Assembly (NCBI GenBank): GCA_028534125.1 | Contig: CM052816.1 | Span: 69,194,001 to 69,258,000 of the forward strand | DNA from: Lama glama | Taxonomy: Eukaryota | Length of the DNA: 64,000 nucleotides | Direction of reading: 5' to 3' | In this document: positions 38,140 through 52,534 of the stretch, piece by piece | How positions within the stretch are numbered: the stretch's first letter is position 1 | Layout: every line of letters starts with the position of its first letter | Position numbers and translations under genes: made by a program | Notes under the pieces: generated by a model | What the model was told of the DNA's origin: nothing | What the model saw: only the letters and a program-made list of their open reading frames with translations | Databases searched by the model: none

Positions 38140-38720
38140 TACCCAAGTGTGCTGAATATCCTGTTTACCCAGCCACATCCTCCCTCCACCCTTCTCCACC
38201 TTCTGTGCCCTTGGAGGTCCCCACAACAGTGGGTTCCCTTGCCTTAAAATTTCTAGTTCATTCAGTTTATCGGGAACATTGACTTGAGGATGGAGGAAAG
38301 TGAGGTCAGATATTTATTCCCTTAGCTATCTCCCAGCAGGTTGACTGATTCTCTCCTAATATGGCTCCTGGTGAATGACCCTCAACCCTCTTCTTCCAGA
38401 TGCCAATGATCACTTATTTCTTTTGTCCCAGGCCAGGGATATTAACAGTATCCTACCATTACTAGCCCCAGGAGAACACACTGAGTTTCTGATACTGCAT
38501 GTACTAGACAAGAGAATGGGAGGTGGGACCCAAAGAAGAGTCAAAGGGCATATGTAATTCTCTTGATGAAGGTTCCTAGAAGCTGCTACATGACACTTCT
38601 GCTCACATTTCATTGACCAGAACTTAGTCATTTGGCCACAGCTATCTGTAAAGCTGAGAAATGTTTTAGATAGGTAAGTGCCAAACTAAAAATCTTACAT
38701 GCTGAGAATAACAGTTTCTA
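38140..38720. mobile_element. LTR33-like fragment (+) followed by MLT1J/K-like fragment (-)
   Basis: cccttctccaccttctgtgccc...gggttcccttgcc; then tgacacttctgctcacatttcattgaccagaacttagtca. Confidence 0.55.
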
Positions 38721-39913
38721 CCACCCCTTCCATTTAACTCAAGTTATTTAGCGTACTCTGGGCTACTCACTTTTCTGAGATACAGGGATGAATGATGAAT
38801 GGCCCTGGTCCAGTCTAATACAGCATAGTGATTCGTCCCTCCAGCAAATGACTATGTCAGTCCCTGTGCTAAGCATTAGAGGTTCCAGAGTACACAAGAC
38901 AGTGTTCCTGCTCAAGACAGTCAGTAATGAATATATACTGCTCTTATAAGTGTTACCCAGGGGAGAAGTGGCGGGGAATAGAAGAGATCTGTCTCTGAAG
39001 GGAGACCACAAGTTTGCCGTGTGAATGAGGAGACAGACCTTCCAGACTCAGACACAACATGAAGAAATCACAGAGCATGAAAGTACAGTATTTCCAGGGA
39101 GCAGCAAGGATTCTAGGGGGCTTAAGAGCATAACCTGCATGGAGGAGAGTGGGTAAAGATGGCTGGACAAGTCCATAGTGGCCAAGGAAGGCAGGACACC
39201 GTGGGCCAGTGCAGGCATCTAACAATGCCTCACTCACCCCACCCGCCAACCTCTTGGGCCGTTCATGCCCACGGAGGGCTTGCAATCAGTCACAAATAAA
39301 TAATAATATCATATCAGGAAGTACATCAAGCTCAGGCCCAAGTTATATCCTTTGGAAAATTTACCAGAGATCTGAATCTTGAAATTTCAGCCTCTTTCTT
39401 GGCTTGAACAATCTGATGGAATTCTGGAATAACTTGCTTGGCCTGACTCACTCCCAATGTTGGGAAGAAAAGCAGGAGAGAAGGGGGGATCAGGAGGCCT
39501 CTCACTCCCATTTAGCGTTCAGAAACGGCTCCAAGTGGTTTGTTTTGCCATCAACACAAATGTCTAAAATGAAAAGTTTTTTTTGGTCTTCCCACAGGTA
39601 CATTCTACAAAAGAAGAGGAGGACAAAGAATGACGAAAATGAAGGAGCATTATGCATTTTCATAAGTACCTATGATGGACCAGATGTTCATCCAGCTTTT
39701 GGGGCTAAACGGTGAGCAAGTGCTGTCCCTAAAGAATTCATATGCTAATAGGAGGGAAAATATATTTTTAATGTGCTTATTATCTAAAATATTTTCATGT
39801 ACCTATAAATACAATGAAGAGGCTTAAAGAGGATAGATAATATGGTGAAGAGTGACTAATTAGTTAGGGCTTGAGGAAGTTCCCTCCTAGAGGTGACATT
39901 TGAGTTAAGACCT

Positions 39914-40382
39914 TGTATTAGTTTCCTATTGCTCTGTAACAAATTATCAGAAACTTAGTGACTTAAAACAACATAAATTTATTATCTCATGATTCTGGAG
40001 GTCAGAAGTCCCACACAGGTCTAACTGGGCTAAAACCAAGTTGTCAGCAGGGCTGCATTCCCTCTGAAGCCCCTAGTTTCCTTGCTTTCCCAGCTTTTAG
40101 AAGCTGCCTGGATTTCTTAACTGTGGCTCTTGTCCTCTAACTTCAGAGCCAGCAGAATAGCATCTTCAGATCTCTCATTCTGACACTCACTCTCCTGTAT
40201 CCTTCTTACACTTATAAGAACCCTTGTGATTCCTTGGACCCACTGAAATAATCCAGAATAATCTTCTTATCCCAAAATCCTTAATCACATCTGCAAACCT
40301 GATACTATGTAAATTAATATATTCACAAGTTCTGAGGATTAGGATGTGGGCTTCACTGGGGTCCATTATTCAGCATATTACA
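39914..40382 (-). mobile_element. MaLR solo LTR (MLT1D-like) nested in a minus-strand L2
   Basis: TGTATTAGTTTCCTATTGC...CATTATTCAGCATATTACA with perfect 5-bp TSD GACCT at 39909-39913 and 40383-40387; L2 text on both sides. Confidence 0.9.
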
Positions 40383-43300
40383 GACCTAAATGGTGAAGCA
40401 TGGTGAGACGTGCTGCCAACATGCACGTCTTAGGAAGGAGCATTCCCAGCAGAGCAAGCACAAGGGCCCTGGGGTGAGAATAAACATAGCATTTTTAAGA
40501 GACAAAAATATAGAAATGAGGCCACATCTCCAGAGTCCAGTTTTCGCTGGTACTTTGGAAAGGAGGTTTGTCTTGGGGACCTGTCACATCTGAAAAATCA
40601 GACAGAGCAGAGCAAAGCATCCTAACAAGGAGATACAATCGACAGATATTTACTTGCTTGTAGATATATCCACTTTGCAGCCTAACCCTGACACTTTGCC
40701 AAATTTTTCAAAATTTTATATTCTATTTTTAAAAACATAAAATCAAGTGTTATTAATACGTTTGAAACCTTTTACTGGAAATACTCATCTTTTGATTTGA
40801 TGTTGGAAGCCTTCAGCATTGATTTTTTTCAATATACTATCATTTATTATTCTCTCCCAGCAGATAAAATCTATAGCTGGAGGGAAGTAGAATATCAAGG
40901 ATGAAGGGACATCTAAGAGAAAGTTTAGAATGTCTAGAAAATAGGTGTCTCTCTTCTCACATGAATATGCAGTTTTTTAAAAAAATAAAAACATACAGTT
41001 TAAACAGTGAAGTAAAATAAATGAAACCGCATTCTACAAGTCTCCCAGAATACATGTTTTCAGTATTCCAGATCAGCAGGATGGTGGGTTCAGGAGGAGG
41101 TCAAAACGTAACTTATCCAACTTTTGTTGTTGGTTATCACAACACTGAAGACTGAAATGTTCTTTCTTTCAAATCAAAAATCTGTTTTCTGTGAATTTTT
41201 TGCAGTTTTAGTGAACTTAAATATCTACTAGAATGCTGTGAGTCACATTCTAATAATAGCCATCACCATCATCCTCTTACTCTTTTATATGTGCTGTTAT
41301 TAGTACTTCAGAAAGATCAACAGATACGGACGGAGGGGATACAATGTGCTGTCATCTCCTGGTGGCTCAGTGTATGATACCTCAACAGGGGTCAGCCAGC
41401 ACATGATGACTTTCAGACCCAGAGCAGTTAACAAACTGCTGGTGGGTCAGCAAGTAAGTGGTGGGCCGCTAGGGTCCACTTCCAAGGGACAAACCCAGCA
41501 CCATGGCCTCCAATTCTTTATGAAGTGGAAACTCACTATTTTTGTTTTATTTTTATTTTCTTTACTTATTAATTTTAATATTCCTAATATCTTTAGCACT
41601 AAATCTTCTTAACCATTATATGTAAAAGACACCATCCTTCCCAATTATTCTTCCCAAAGGCATCAACTATTAGCTGTTTCTTTGGGGTCTTTTCAGAATT
41701 GTCTTTCTATGTTTATAACAAAGTATAGTATTGTATCCAATCATAATATACCATATCTTATCTGTTTTCCCTTGTGAATGGTCTACACTGTACACATTGT
41801 TGGACAACTTGAACTTTTCACTTTGCTCAGTACCTTGGGCGACCTTCCATGGCAGCAAATCAGCATTTTGAAAGTGCCCCCTGCAGAATCACAGACCTTA
41901 TGGTTTCTCTGTGGTTCACTGCTTGTGTCTGAAGAATAAAGTTACTGAAATGTGTCCAGATCGTGGTTTTCAAGAGAAAGAAATCCATTGTATATATAAC
42001 TGACTTCATCCCAATGCATGACTTTGCTTTGGCTGTTAGTATATTATTTTCCTTATCACATCATCTGAGATAATTAAAGGACTTTGAAATGTCGCCTTCA
42101 TTCCTCTTATGGCTTGTGAACAAAACTCTCACAGGCTTTCAAATTTGTCATTTCAACAAATATCCATTTTGACAGCCCAGGTCAAGTAATTTCTCTAAGA
42201 GAATATGTATAAAATGAGATCCAACTTGAATTAATTACCATAAATTATGAAACAAATGGGTCACCATGCTTGTGAATTTACAAAAGACTTAGAAAAAAAT
42301 ATGAATATTTCTTTCATAAATCTTGTAAGATGATAATTTATTTTGCTTTTAGTGGCATATGAAAACAGAATGAATTCCTTGTATATTCGATGTCTCCCTC
42401 TTCAAAGAGGTACTGGTGGCTTCAAATAAGGGATTAAATTAAGATTTCATCAAAATCACATAAAACATGATTTTGAAAAGTGATGGATCTAAATAATGTC
42501 CAAAAAGATGGTGAGCTTTACCCCTTTCCCCCATAAACAAAGCAGGCTTTGATCTGGTCTTTGTGCTCTGAGGAGACAATGTGACTCTTCATGGAAGACA
42601 TGTCACTAGAATACAGGAAGGAAGAACTTACATCCACTTTATTTTGTCAGGCCCTGGCCTTGAAAGTTTTTATAACCAAATTAATAAATCTCTGTCTTGG
42701 GAATATGTTATACCCTCCTAAACAAGAAAAATGCAAACTAGAACAGCACATTTTTCTTGCTATCATCAACAGCCCCACCTAAGCAAGATATTTCCTATGA
42801 AATATGGTATGAAGGCTTTATTATTGAGCAGAATTGTTTCATTTTATTTTGTAACAGCTTTAGTGAGATAATAATTCACATACCATACAGTTCACCCACA
42901 CTTGGTTTTCAGTTCAAATTTCTCAACTTCACTAAACCTTAGTCTTTTTATCTGTAATATGGGAATAAATAATAGTAAGACCCACTGATTTGCTGTGCAA
43001 ATTAACGTGTCTATGGCCCATAGTAAGTGCTGAATAATGAAAACATAATAAGATTTAATTTTTACATACAACATTTGTTGTTGAACTTCGTAATCAATCA
43101 TGTCTCTAATTCGGATTTCCTGCTTTGACAGTGGAAACTTTAATCCTGTTGATTTATGGTAATTTCCATTACTGGATTTAGCTCAGTTTAGCTGAAGCTA
43201 AATCTGCCTCTTCTGATTAAAAATGTAGTCAATGAAAAACTCTGTCCCTCTTCTGCTAGGTTCAGTCCCAAGCTCTATGGGGCCCTTATGACATTGTGGC

Positions 43301-44029
43301 TGGTCTGCACCCACTCGTGCTCTGATGTGGAGACTTCTCTCTCCTCTTGGGATGGGCAGTGCAAGGAGATGGGTGGCTACAGGGCATCTTGATGCCTCCT
43401 CTGCCATTCTGAGCCCCAGAGGATGCTTGCTGTTACCTCTGCTGCCCTCCAAGTGTTCAATGGACAGGGGCATCTGCAGGGCTTCAGCTCTTGGGAGACC
43501 CAGGCAGGAAATGGGGCAAACGTTCACTGCCACCCTTCAAGTCCAGACTGCGGGCCCCTTGCTGCACCCGCATGGAGGCAGGAGGGGAAAGGGAGGCACT
43601 GCACCTGACTTTCTTCCTCTTTCCAAACTCTGTTGTCCAATCCTGTTCAGGTTCACAGCACAGCAGAAAAAGCTGGGCTCTTGGTTCTGCTTGTTTCCAT
43701 TGACACCCCATAGTACCCCCGACCCTTGGCAACTGAAAGTCTGAAGGGAGGGTGAGCCTGAGAAAGAAAATGGGACTGTGCATGCAAGTCAATGAGTTAC
43801 TATAGCCATGAGGTATTCCATATTAATCTATATCCCTAACTTTACCTCATCACCACAAAAACATTCTCCACTGTCTTCTCTGAGTGCAGATTTGTTCCTT
43901 ACTTTTCTCTCTTGGAAGATGAAATCTGAAGGGTTTCATAATTCTAGATTTACTTCTCTGTGTCCTCACTTCTTGCTTCCATTCTTTGGTCTCTGGTACC
44001 CTGTACATGATGTGCTGCCCTATATGGAG

Positions 44030-44484
44030 TGTTATGGGTTAAATAATGCTCCCTCCCCCACCAAAAAATTACATGTTGAAGTCCTAGCCCCCAATACCTC
44101 AGAATGTGACCTTGTTTGGGGAAAGGGTCATTGCAGATGGAATTAGTTAAGATGAGATCATACCATTAGGGTGGCCCCTAATCCAGTATGATTGGTGTCC
44201 TTATTAAAAGGAGAAATTTGGACACAGAATACACACAGGGAGATAAAGACAAGATTAGAGTGATGATTCTACAAGCCAAAGAATGCCAAAGATTGTCAGC
44301 AAAATATCGGAAGTTGGAAAGAGACCTGGAACAGATTCCCTCTCAGAGCCCTCAGAAGGAATCAACTCTGCCAACACCATGATCTCAGACTTCTAGCCTC
44401 CAGAACTGTGAGACAATAAATTTCTGGTATTGAAGCCACCTAGTTTGTGGTGCTTTGTTACAGCAGCTCCAGGAACCTGAAACA
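44030..44484 (+). mobile_element. MaLR solo LTR (MLT1C-like)
   Basis: TGTTATGGGTT...gccaaagaatgccaaagattg...ccagaactgtgagacaataaa...GAAACA; flanks TGGAG/TGGGA. Confidence 0.88.
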
Positions 44485-44599
44485 TGGGACACACTGTGTT
44501 GTCTTTCCAGCTCACTGTTGTTCTGGGAAACCTCCCTCCCTCCCCATTTACTGTGAGAGCAGCCATGTTGAACAACGTGACCCCAGTTTTGACTGGAGT

Positions 44600-44945
44600 T
44601 CACCAAGAACTTGCATTTCAGACCAGGGAGCAAGTCTCCAGTGACGGAAGCTGAAAAATACAAAACTTGGTAACTGCCAACAACTGTGTTTTTCACAACA
44701 AAGAGAGAGCCAGTCTGCCACAAGACAAAGCTGGCACCCAGAGAAGCAGAGACGAGGCTGGGAGGGAGCGCTGGCGGCTTTCCAGCGCTGGCTCCATCGG
44801 TGCCGCAGGCTCCAGCTCTGTGGGGACCTGGCTGTGGCCCGAATTCCAGAAGACTGCCGTGACTGTCTGGTATATTCCTCTTTTTATCTAGGCTGACTTA
44901 TACAAGGTTTGTGGCACTTGCAACTCAGGCTTCTAGTTGATATAT
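44600..44945 (+). mobile_element. MaLR LTR (MLT1K-like) remnant
   Basis: aagctggcacccagagaagcagagac...ttcctctttttatctaggctgac...ggcacttgcaactc. Confidence 0.5.
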
Positions 44946-45640
44946 TCTCCAAAACTCATGTACTCCTACTTTTAATAATAAGTGGAAGATTGCTGCTCTA
45001 AGTAAGAAATTATGTTCTTATCAGAAATGGGTACAGTATCCAGAAAAGAGCCTTATTTAAAATTAAACTTGGTGAAAAAAATATAAAGTAAATTTTGTTG
45101 GAAGATTCTTTGTTCAATGAAACTTTTAGCCATCATAAACAGGAAGAAATTAGATTAATTTCTTTACCTTTTAGATGAAACCAAAAATAATTCAGTAACA
45201 GGCAACTTTGATTTTTCATGAACATATTATAGTGTTTATTAACCTATAGAAACAGTGTAGTTCTTTATAAACTAAAAGTCATTTTGCAGATCTGTGAAAG
45301 TGTTGTTTTAACTATTCATTAGCTTTATTTTCAAAGATTGTATTAGCCCATGATAAGTTTCAAATGCCTGGCATTTTGCCTGAGAAAATATTTGCTATTT
45401 AATATATTAACAATAAGGTCTTTTCCTGTCTACCCATTACTACATTTTGTAAAATCTTGGAAAATAACTACTTAGTTATTCTGATATACACACTTCTTAA
45501 TCTTTTCTAATATGTCCTAGAGATATAATCTCACAGGCTACTATCTTTATGTCAGAAAAGAATAAGCAAGTGAAATTAGAGTTGGAAATTAAGAAATAAA
45601 TTCAGTAATTCTTATGCTATTTTGCATACTGAATGGGGAA

Positions 45641-46173
45641 TAGATTAGTTTTCTGTTGCTGCGTAACAGTTTACTCCAGAACTTAGTGGCTTCAAATGGC
45701 ATTAAATACTTACTGTCTCACACAGTTTCTGTGAGTGAGGCATTTGAGAGTGGCTTAGAAGGGTAGTTCTGGCTCAAAGTTTTGCATGAGGTTGCAGTGA
45801 AGATATCAGCCAGAGTTACTTTCTGAAGGCTTGACTGGGGCTGGGACATTCACCTTCAAGGGAGCTACTCACTTGGCTGGCAGATTGAAGCTGGCTATAG
45901 TCAGGAGGCCTCCTAACCACCTGAACCTTCTTACAGTGCTTCTTAAATGTCCTCATGATATGACAGTTGGCTTCACCCAGAGTAAATCATCTCAGAGAAA
46001 GCAAAGGTAGAACCTGCAATTTTTTTATGACCTAACCCTGGGTCCCACACTATTATGTTCACAATATCCCAATATCCCGGTCAGCACTATTCAATATGGA
46101 AGGATAAGAATACTGGGAGGTGGAAATCACTTGAGGCCACCGATCATCTTGGAGGACTTGTTAATCTACTACA
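45641..46173 (-). mobile_element. MaLR LTR (MLT1F-like)
   Basis: gttgctgcgtaacag...ctgaaggcttgactggggctgg...ctcacttggctggcag...tctactaca. Confidence 0.75.
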
Positions 46174-46469
46174 AGTATTAATGGGGGAAGGAAATCTATG
46201 TTTAAAAAAGCACAGAAAATACATTTCAAAGTGTATATATTTAAGAAAACTTTTTTTAAAAATTAATAACAGAGTCACAGAATTCTAGAATCAGAAAAAA
46301 ACCTGGATATCAACCAGTCTAACTTGGTCATAGAGACTGAAACCCAGAAAGGTGATGATACTTTTCTGACTTCACATAGCAAATAAATGACTGAATCAGG
46401 GTTACAGCTAGGGCACTTTACTGTTAAGGCTTGTGATGAATAACCTCGCCTGGAAATCAACATCCGTTC

Positions 46470-47095
46470 CAACCTCCTTCCAATATGCCTTCCTACTGCA
46501 GAGGCTGGAACACCTAAACGCTAACCCAACTCCCTTGCAGCTAGAGTTCCAGAAGTGATTTGAGCCAGGCAACCAGATTGCTGACTTGAGATCTGGAAAC
46601 TGGAAGTGATAGAGGGAATGGGCTGTTTGCAACTTGTGCTGTTTCTGTTGGCAAAGATTACTGCAGGAGAGTTACATTGTCCTGTGGCTGAGGTAGCTGA
46701 GGTTCCCGTGCTCTGGTCACCAGCATGGTAAGAGCCAAAAGGCAGGGCTCAGATAAATTAGAATGTACCTATCAGATGGGTCATGGCTTCAAGGCTAAGT
46801 GTTGCAGCAGTGGCTTCCTGATCTCCAAAGAGTACATAAGCTAACATATTCTTGGAGTGAACAACTTCAGTGACGATGGCCACAATCAAGAAAGTAGGAA
46901 ATTAAGTGGTTAACAACTCCCCAGGAGGACCAGTTCAATGGGGTGGTTTCTGGAGTTGTTCCTGGATTCCAACCCAGAGCTATTATTTCAATCATATTTC
47001 AGCAATTTTGTAAGCACCTAATTCTCTGTATCAAATCTCATTCTCATAAAATAGAGCGGTGCCTGTTAACTGCACCTAAATTCTGTTACAGACTA
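46470..47095 (+). mobile_element. ERVL LTR (LTR41-like)
   Basis: cccttgcagctagagttcc...aattttgtaagcacctaattctctgtatcaaatc. Confidence 0.6.
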
Positions 47096-47666
47096 TGTTA
47101 ATATATAAGAATGAGAAAAGCAGCTTGACATAAGGAAACTGGCTTGACACTTACAGCTACATTTCACGGTTGTTAGGAAGCACCCCGGCGTTTACAGATA
47201 GGCCATGTGTTCTCCAACTGAATGTAAACAATTTCTCAGAACGTCAGCTTCAGACAAGACCCCTCTGTTGACTGTAATGGATCAAGACATAAAGACTGCT
47301 CTGTATCATGTTTGAACTCAGACAAACTATGAACATTTTCCAAATCACAAAACTGACCAAACATTCCCCTATTCTTGCTCATCTGAGTAACTGCTGCTTC
47401 TTTACCAATTATAACTTTAGCCTTCCCTCTTCCTAGATTGGATTTATTAAGATACCCAGTCAAAGCTTTGCTCCTCTTCCTGACAGCATTCAGTCTAGGC
47501 ATGATCCCTGCCTGTTTCCTTTCCCCATCCCCATGTCACCTAACATTAGCCCATAGCCTGCAAGTCCTTTCTAATCCCCTCTTACTGTGCACAGTTTGCT
47601 TCCCTGCAACGAGTAATAAACCCAACAGATGTGTTCCTGCTGATCTTTAGCTGAAAGGCATTGACA
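47096..47666 (+). mobile_element. ERVL solo LTR (MER77-like)
   Basis: TG...gcaacgagtAATAAAcccaac...gtgttcctgctgatctttagctgaaaggcattgaCA. Confidence 0.75.
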
Positions 47667-48485
47667 TACATAATTTGGTTTGAAAACCTCATGCTGTTCT
47701 AGTTGTATGAACTATTTATACTGGTTACTTGCTATGAATAAATTCTATGAATAAATAAATGATTTGACATAGAATTAGTATTTCTTTTCTGCCTTTTTCT
47801 CACCTGTGCTTCTTTATGAAAGCCAAAAAATGCCATAGTAGCAGTTTTGTGTCACCACAAGCCCAACAATTGTATGCATCAAATGATTTTTAAAAATCAA
47901 AAAAGAAAGGATAGACAGTAAGCCTACAAGGCAGTTAAAAATTAGAGGTAAGCAATTATATAGTGAATTGAGTGATAATTGAATGCCCACAATATACCAG
48001 ACACTTGTGACTGTCATTTACATATCATTGACATCACAACTATATTGCAAGGTAGGAATTTTAATTCCCATTCTATAGAGGAAAAAACCGAGGCTCTGGA
48101 GCTTAATGACCTACTTGGCAGCATCCTCCCACCTACCAAGTAATAGTGCTTGTATCTAAACTCAAGTTCCTAAAGATCATGTGTTTCCACAACAAAAAAT
48201 AGAGATAAATGGACATTTCCAAATGAAAGCAGAAGATCCAATTTTTTTCTAAGTATTAGGTTTTTGGGTTTGGTGTCACTTGTCAGAATAGAAAACATCT
48301 GTTAAAGTATTTGAGTATGTTTTTAAAAATCCTTGATTCAGTGCCCATTTCCTGTTTAGGACTCAAAACTTCATCATACAGTTAATGATTTTTTTTTTCC
48401 CCTCAGTCTTGGGAAAAAACAAAAGTTAAGAAATGAGAAAATAAACAAGTTCACAAAAATTTGTGTGCATCTTTCCTAAAAGATA

Positions 48486-49623
48486 TGCAGTATTTTCTTA
48501 GATTAGTCTCTGAGGGCAAAAGAAATAAAAGCAAAAATAAACCAATGGGACCAAATCAAACTTAAAAGCTTCTGCAAAGTGAACTATCAACAAAATGAAA
48601 AGACAGCTACAGAATGGGAGAAAATACTTGCAAATGATGAGATTAACAAGGGTTGATTTCCAAAATATGCAAACAGCTTATACAACTCAATATCAAAAAA
48701 CAAACAATTCCAAATCAAAAAATGGGCAGAAAGTCTAAACAGACTTATCTCCAAAGAAGATGTACAGATGGCCAACAGGTACATGAAAAGATGCTCAATG
48801 TCACTAATTATTAGAGAAATGCAAATCAAATCTGCAATGAGGTTATCACTTCACACCGGTTAAAAAATCTACAAATAAATACTGGAAAGGGTATGGAAAA
48901 AAGGCAACCTTTCTACATTGTTGGTGGGAATGTAAATTGGTGCAGCCACTATGGAGAACAGTATGGAGGATCCTTGAAAAAAGTAAAAATAAACTTACCA
49001 TATAATCCAGCAACCCCACTCCTGGGCATATATCCAGAAAAGATGAAAACTATAATTTGAAAAGATACATGCACCCCAATGTTCAAAGCAGCATTATTTA
49101 CAATAGCGAAGACATGGAAGAAAACTAAGTGTTCATTAACAGATGAATGGATAAAGAAGATGTCATATATATATATATATATGCAATGCAATACTATTCA
49201 GCCATAAAAAAGAATGAAATATTGAAGTAACGTGGTTGGACCTAGAGTTTATCATCATACTGAGTGAAGTAAATCAAAGACAAATATTATATAATATCAC
49301 ATATGTGGGCTCTAAAAATTAATACAAATAAATTTGTTTACTAAACAGAAACAGGCTCACAGACAGAAAACAAACTTATGGTTACCAAAAGGGAAAATGG
49401 TGGAAGGGGTAAATTAGGAGTTTGGATTAACAGATACAAACCTCTATATGTAAGATAGATGAACAACAAGGATTTACTGTATAACACAGGGAACTATATT
49501 TAATATCTTGTAATAACCTATAATGGAAAAGAATCTGAAATAGATATATGTATAACTGTACCATTTTACTATAGAACTGAAACTAATACAATATTATAAA
49601 TCAACTATTCTTAAATTTAAAAA
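48486..49623 (+). mobile_element. 5'-truncated L1 (ORF2 end, 3'UTR and A tail)
   Basis: aatgggaccaaatcaaacttaaaagcttctgc...ggtgcagccactatggagaacagtatgg...caactattcttaaatttaaaaaa; probable TSD AAAAGATA at 48478-48485 and 49624-49631. Confidence 0.92.
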
Positions 49624-50674
49624 AAAAGATAAATTCCACATGAACTGGAACAGATAATGCACTTGCTTGCTATTTAATGGTAATACTAAAGAAATGAGAG
49701 TGATTTACTAGATGGAAGAAATTTCATTAATACATATCATGATTGAATGTTTTTACTACCACTCATTTATGCCTTAGAAGAGGTTATAAAAGAGGTTAGA
49801 TACTTCTGACTCTTTGACACAGTCCCCTGGTTGTGAATAAAAGCCACTGTAACCAACCCCTCAAATCTGAAGGAGAAAGGAGGTATCCGAGTAGCTCAGA
49901 TATCTGGGGGAAAAAAGATAGATTTTTACAGGCAAAGCAAGGAAACTAGCATAGTTAATATTTGAACTTCGCTTATTTTTTATATTGAGAAACATGATTA
50001 TCTTTTTACTGACTCTTGTTATCCTGAGACAAGGGGACTTGTTCAAGAAGGCTACCAGAAATTCAGTGTGAATGGAGGGAAAGGAGAATATGGGGAATTC
50101 TAATCTATTACTTTGGTTGTGAGTGACAGATATCCACTTGCTCTGGCTTGGGCAAAAACGGGGTTTAATTGGTGATGAAATCAATAAAAGGGTAGCAAAA
50201 ACTAAGTTGCTAGAAAGCAGGGATGCTAATGAACTTCAGGAATGACTGGACCAGCACCTGGAACATAGTAACATTCTATAAATATTTATTGAATAATAGA
50301 ATAAACTAGAAATTGGAATAATGCTCTTTCTGCCTGGCGTCTCCTTCCTGGGAGAAAATACGGCCCCTGACAGCTAACAAGGCTTCCGTCTTATAGCTCC
50401 TGCCACCAGAGAGCACTAATGTCAAGATCTCTCAGTTCCAGGTGGAAAAATTCCAGGAAAGGGCTCTGACTGGTCTAGCTGGGGTCAGGTGCCTGCCTCT
50501 AGACTGTGGCCAGGTTGGCAAGGTTACGTAAGAACATCAAAGTTCTCACAATAGTCATGTGAATTCAGGTGCGAGGTGGGAAAGGAGCAGTCTGTGTACC
50601 TTAGGGTGACGTAATCAGCCTGCACGGAGGGATGCCGTTAGAGATACCCCTTAGGAAACACCTCACTGTGGCTC

Positions 50675-51022
50675 TGTATTAGTTTGCCAGGACTGCCGTG
50701 GTCAAGTGCTACAGACTGGGCAGCTTAAACAAGAAAAATTTATTTCCTCATGGTTCTGGAGGCCAGAAGTCCAACACCAAGGTGTCAGGAGGGTTGGTTC
50801 CTTCTGAAGCCTCTCTCTTTTTGTCTTCACATGTTTTTCCCTCTGATTTTCTCTTCTTATAAGGACACCAGTTATACTGAGTTAGGGCCCACCCTAATGA
50901 TCTCTTTTTAACATAATTTCCTCTTGAAAGACCCCACCTCCAAATACAACCACATTTTGAGGCACTTGGGCGTTGGGACTTCAACATATGAACTTGAGGG
51001 GCCTACAGCTCAGCCCATAATA
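50675..51022 (-). mobile_element. MaLR solo LTR (MLT1B/C-like)
   Basis: TGTATTAGTTTGCCAGG...gacttcaacatatgaac...cagcccataata; flanks GGCTC/GTCTC. Confidence 0.85.
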
Positions 51023-52410
51023 GTCTCTAATATGTATTATTGAAGACAGTTATTACAAAGTGTTTTCTTTCTGATACGGATATCAGAAAAAGTTGTGTGT
51101 CTTCTTTTTAGATTATCGTCACTATGGTTTACCCAAATGGTCATGTTTTCTCTTTCTTCATTTTTTTCTGAGGCTTATCAACTAATACGTGACCCATTAG
51201 GAGGACTTTACGCTATGAATTTATTTAGTCCTACTTTCTGGCTATGTTTCAAGTTATTCACTTGTGTTTCCTTTTTTCTTTCTCACCTATTTATAATTTG
51301 TGTTATCTTGTTATATGATGTCTCTGTACACTCTGAATGTATCCATAATGCTAATCCATATGTTTGATAAATAAATAAGCTCTTACTTCATTAACTATAT
51401 TTACATAAGAACATCATCAAGGAAAAGCAGAGGAAGCTTATAAGCTAATAATAAATGTCCTTTGTAATAAAGTATCTCAAATACTCGAATCTCTTTTTGG
51501 AAAGAAGCAGAGCCTGTAAAAGAATATATAAGTTGGGTAAAAACAAGATGTGTCACAGAACATTTTTTAAAAATCCAACAGTAACTAGGCAAATCAATGC
51601 TTAAAATAGCACAAACTGGTGAAAATAAGCATCCCTAAATTGATTTTTCCATATATTTGCCTGGAGGCAGACACAGTGTAGGAGGAGTTGGGTTGTTGCC
51701 AGACCTAAAGCATTTTTCTGAGCTCCATCAACTTCTATTAATGGGCAGTGACGCCATTCTGGCCCCCAGCCAGCCCCGAGGCACTTAGATTTGTTCGACA
51801 GGCTGGCTGGGAGCAGGCATTGCATCAGAAATGTGGCACCACACACACACCACTGATTCAAGCCAAGCACCTCCAAAGACAACTGATTTCCTGTGATGCC
51901 AGCAGAGAGCAAATGGCTTGTCCAGGTGGCCCTGAGGTCAGGAAGGGTGAACAACTAGCAGCCCCTCCCCAGGCTTCCGCGGGGCCTCCGACTCCCAGAA
52001 CCTCCCACACTGTGAACAGCCAATGTGGACATTGACCCAAACAGCTCGGGAGCCTTTAGTTCCATTTCATTTAGTTCATGTGGTGAATTTACAAATGTAT
52101 TTTTAAAGGTACATTGTGTTTTCCTGAATTCTCTGCTTCCCCATTGTCCTAAACTCTGTTCAGTGGTTTGTCCCAGCATCCTCAGTGGTGTGTGCCCAAA
52201 GTGCTCCTAGGATAGCGAAGGTATCAGTGCTCCTAAGCTGTTGTGGGCCTGTGTGCTTGACATCCATTTCCCATTAGGGAGTGAGAGAGAGGGAGAAGGG
52301 ACAGAGAAAGGGATGAATTACACACTTGATGTGACGCAGTCTTCTTAGACCTGAAAAACTTACACATAATGGATGAAATGGAGCATTACATCCCTAAGTC
52401 CACAAAGGAC

Positions 52411-52515
52411 TTTTTTTTTTCAATTTTTCTTTTTTAATGGAGATATTGGGAATTGAACCCAGGACCTTGTGCATGCTAAGCATGTGCTCTACCACTGAGC
52501 TATACTCTCCCACCT
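52411..52515 (-). mobile_element. Camelid tRNA-Ala-derived SINE (Vic-1-like)
   Basis: Reverse complement gagtatagctcagtggtagagcacatgcttagcatgcacaaggtcctgggttcaattccc plus A tail. Confidence 0.88.
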
Positions 52516-52534
52516 GCCTCTGCCACAATGATTT

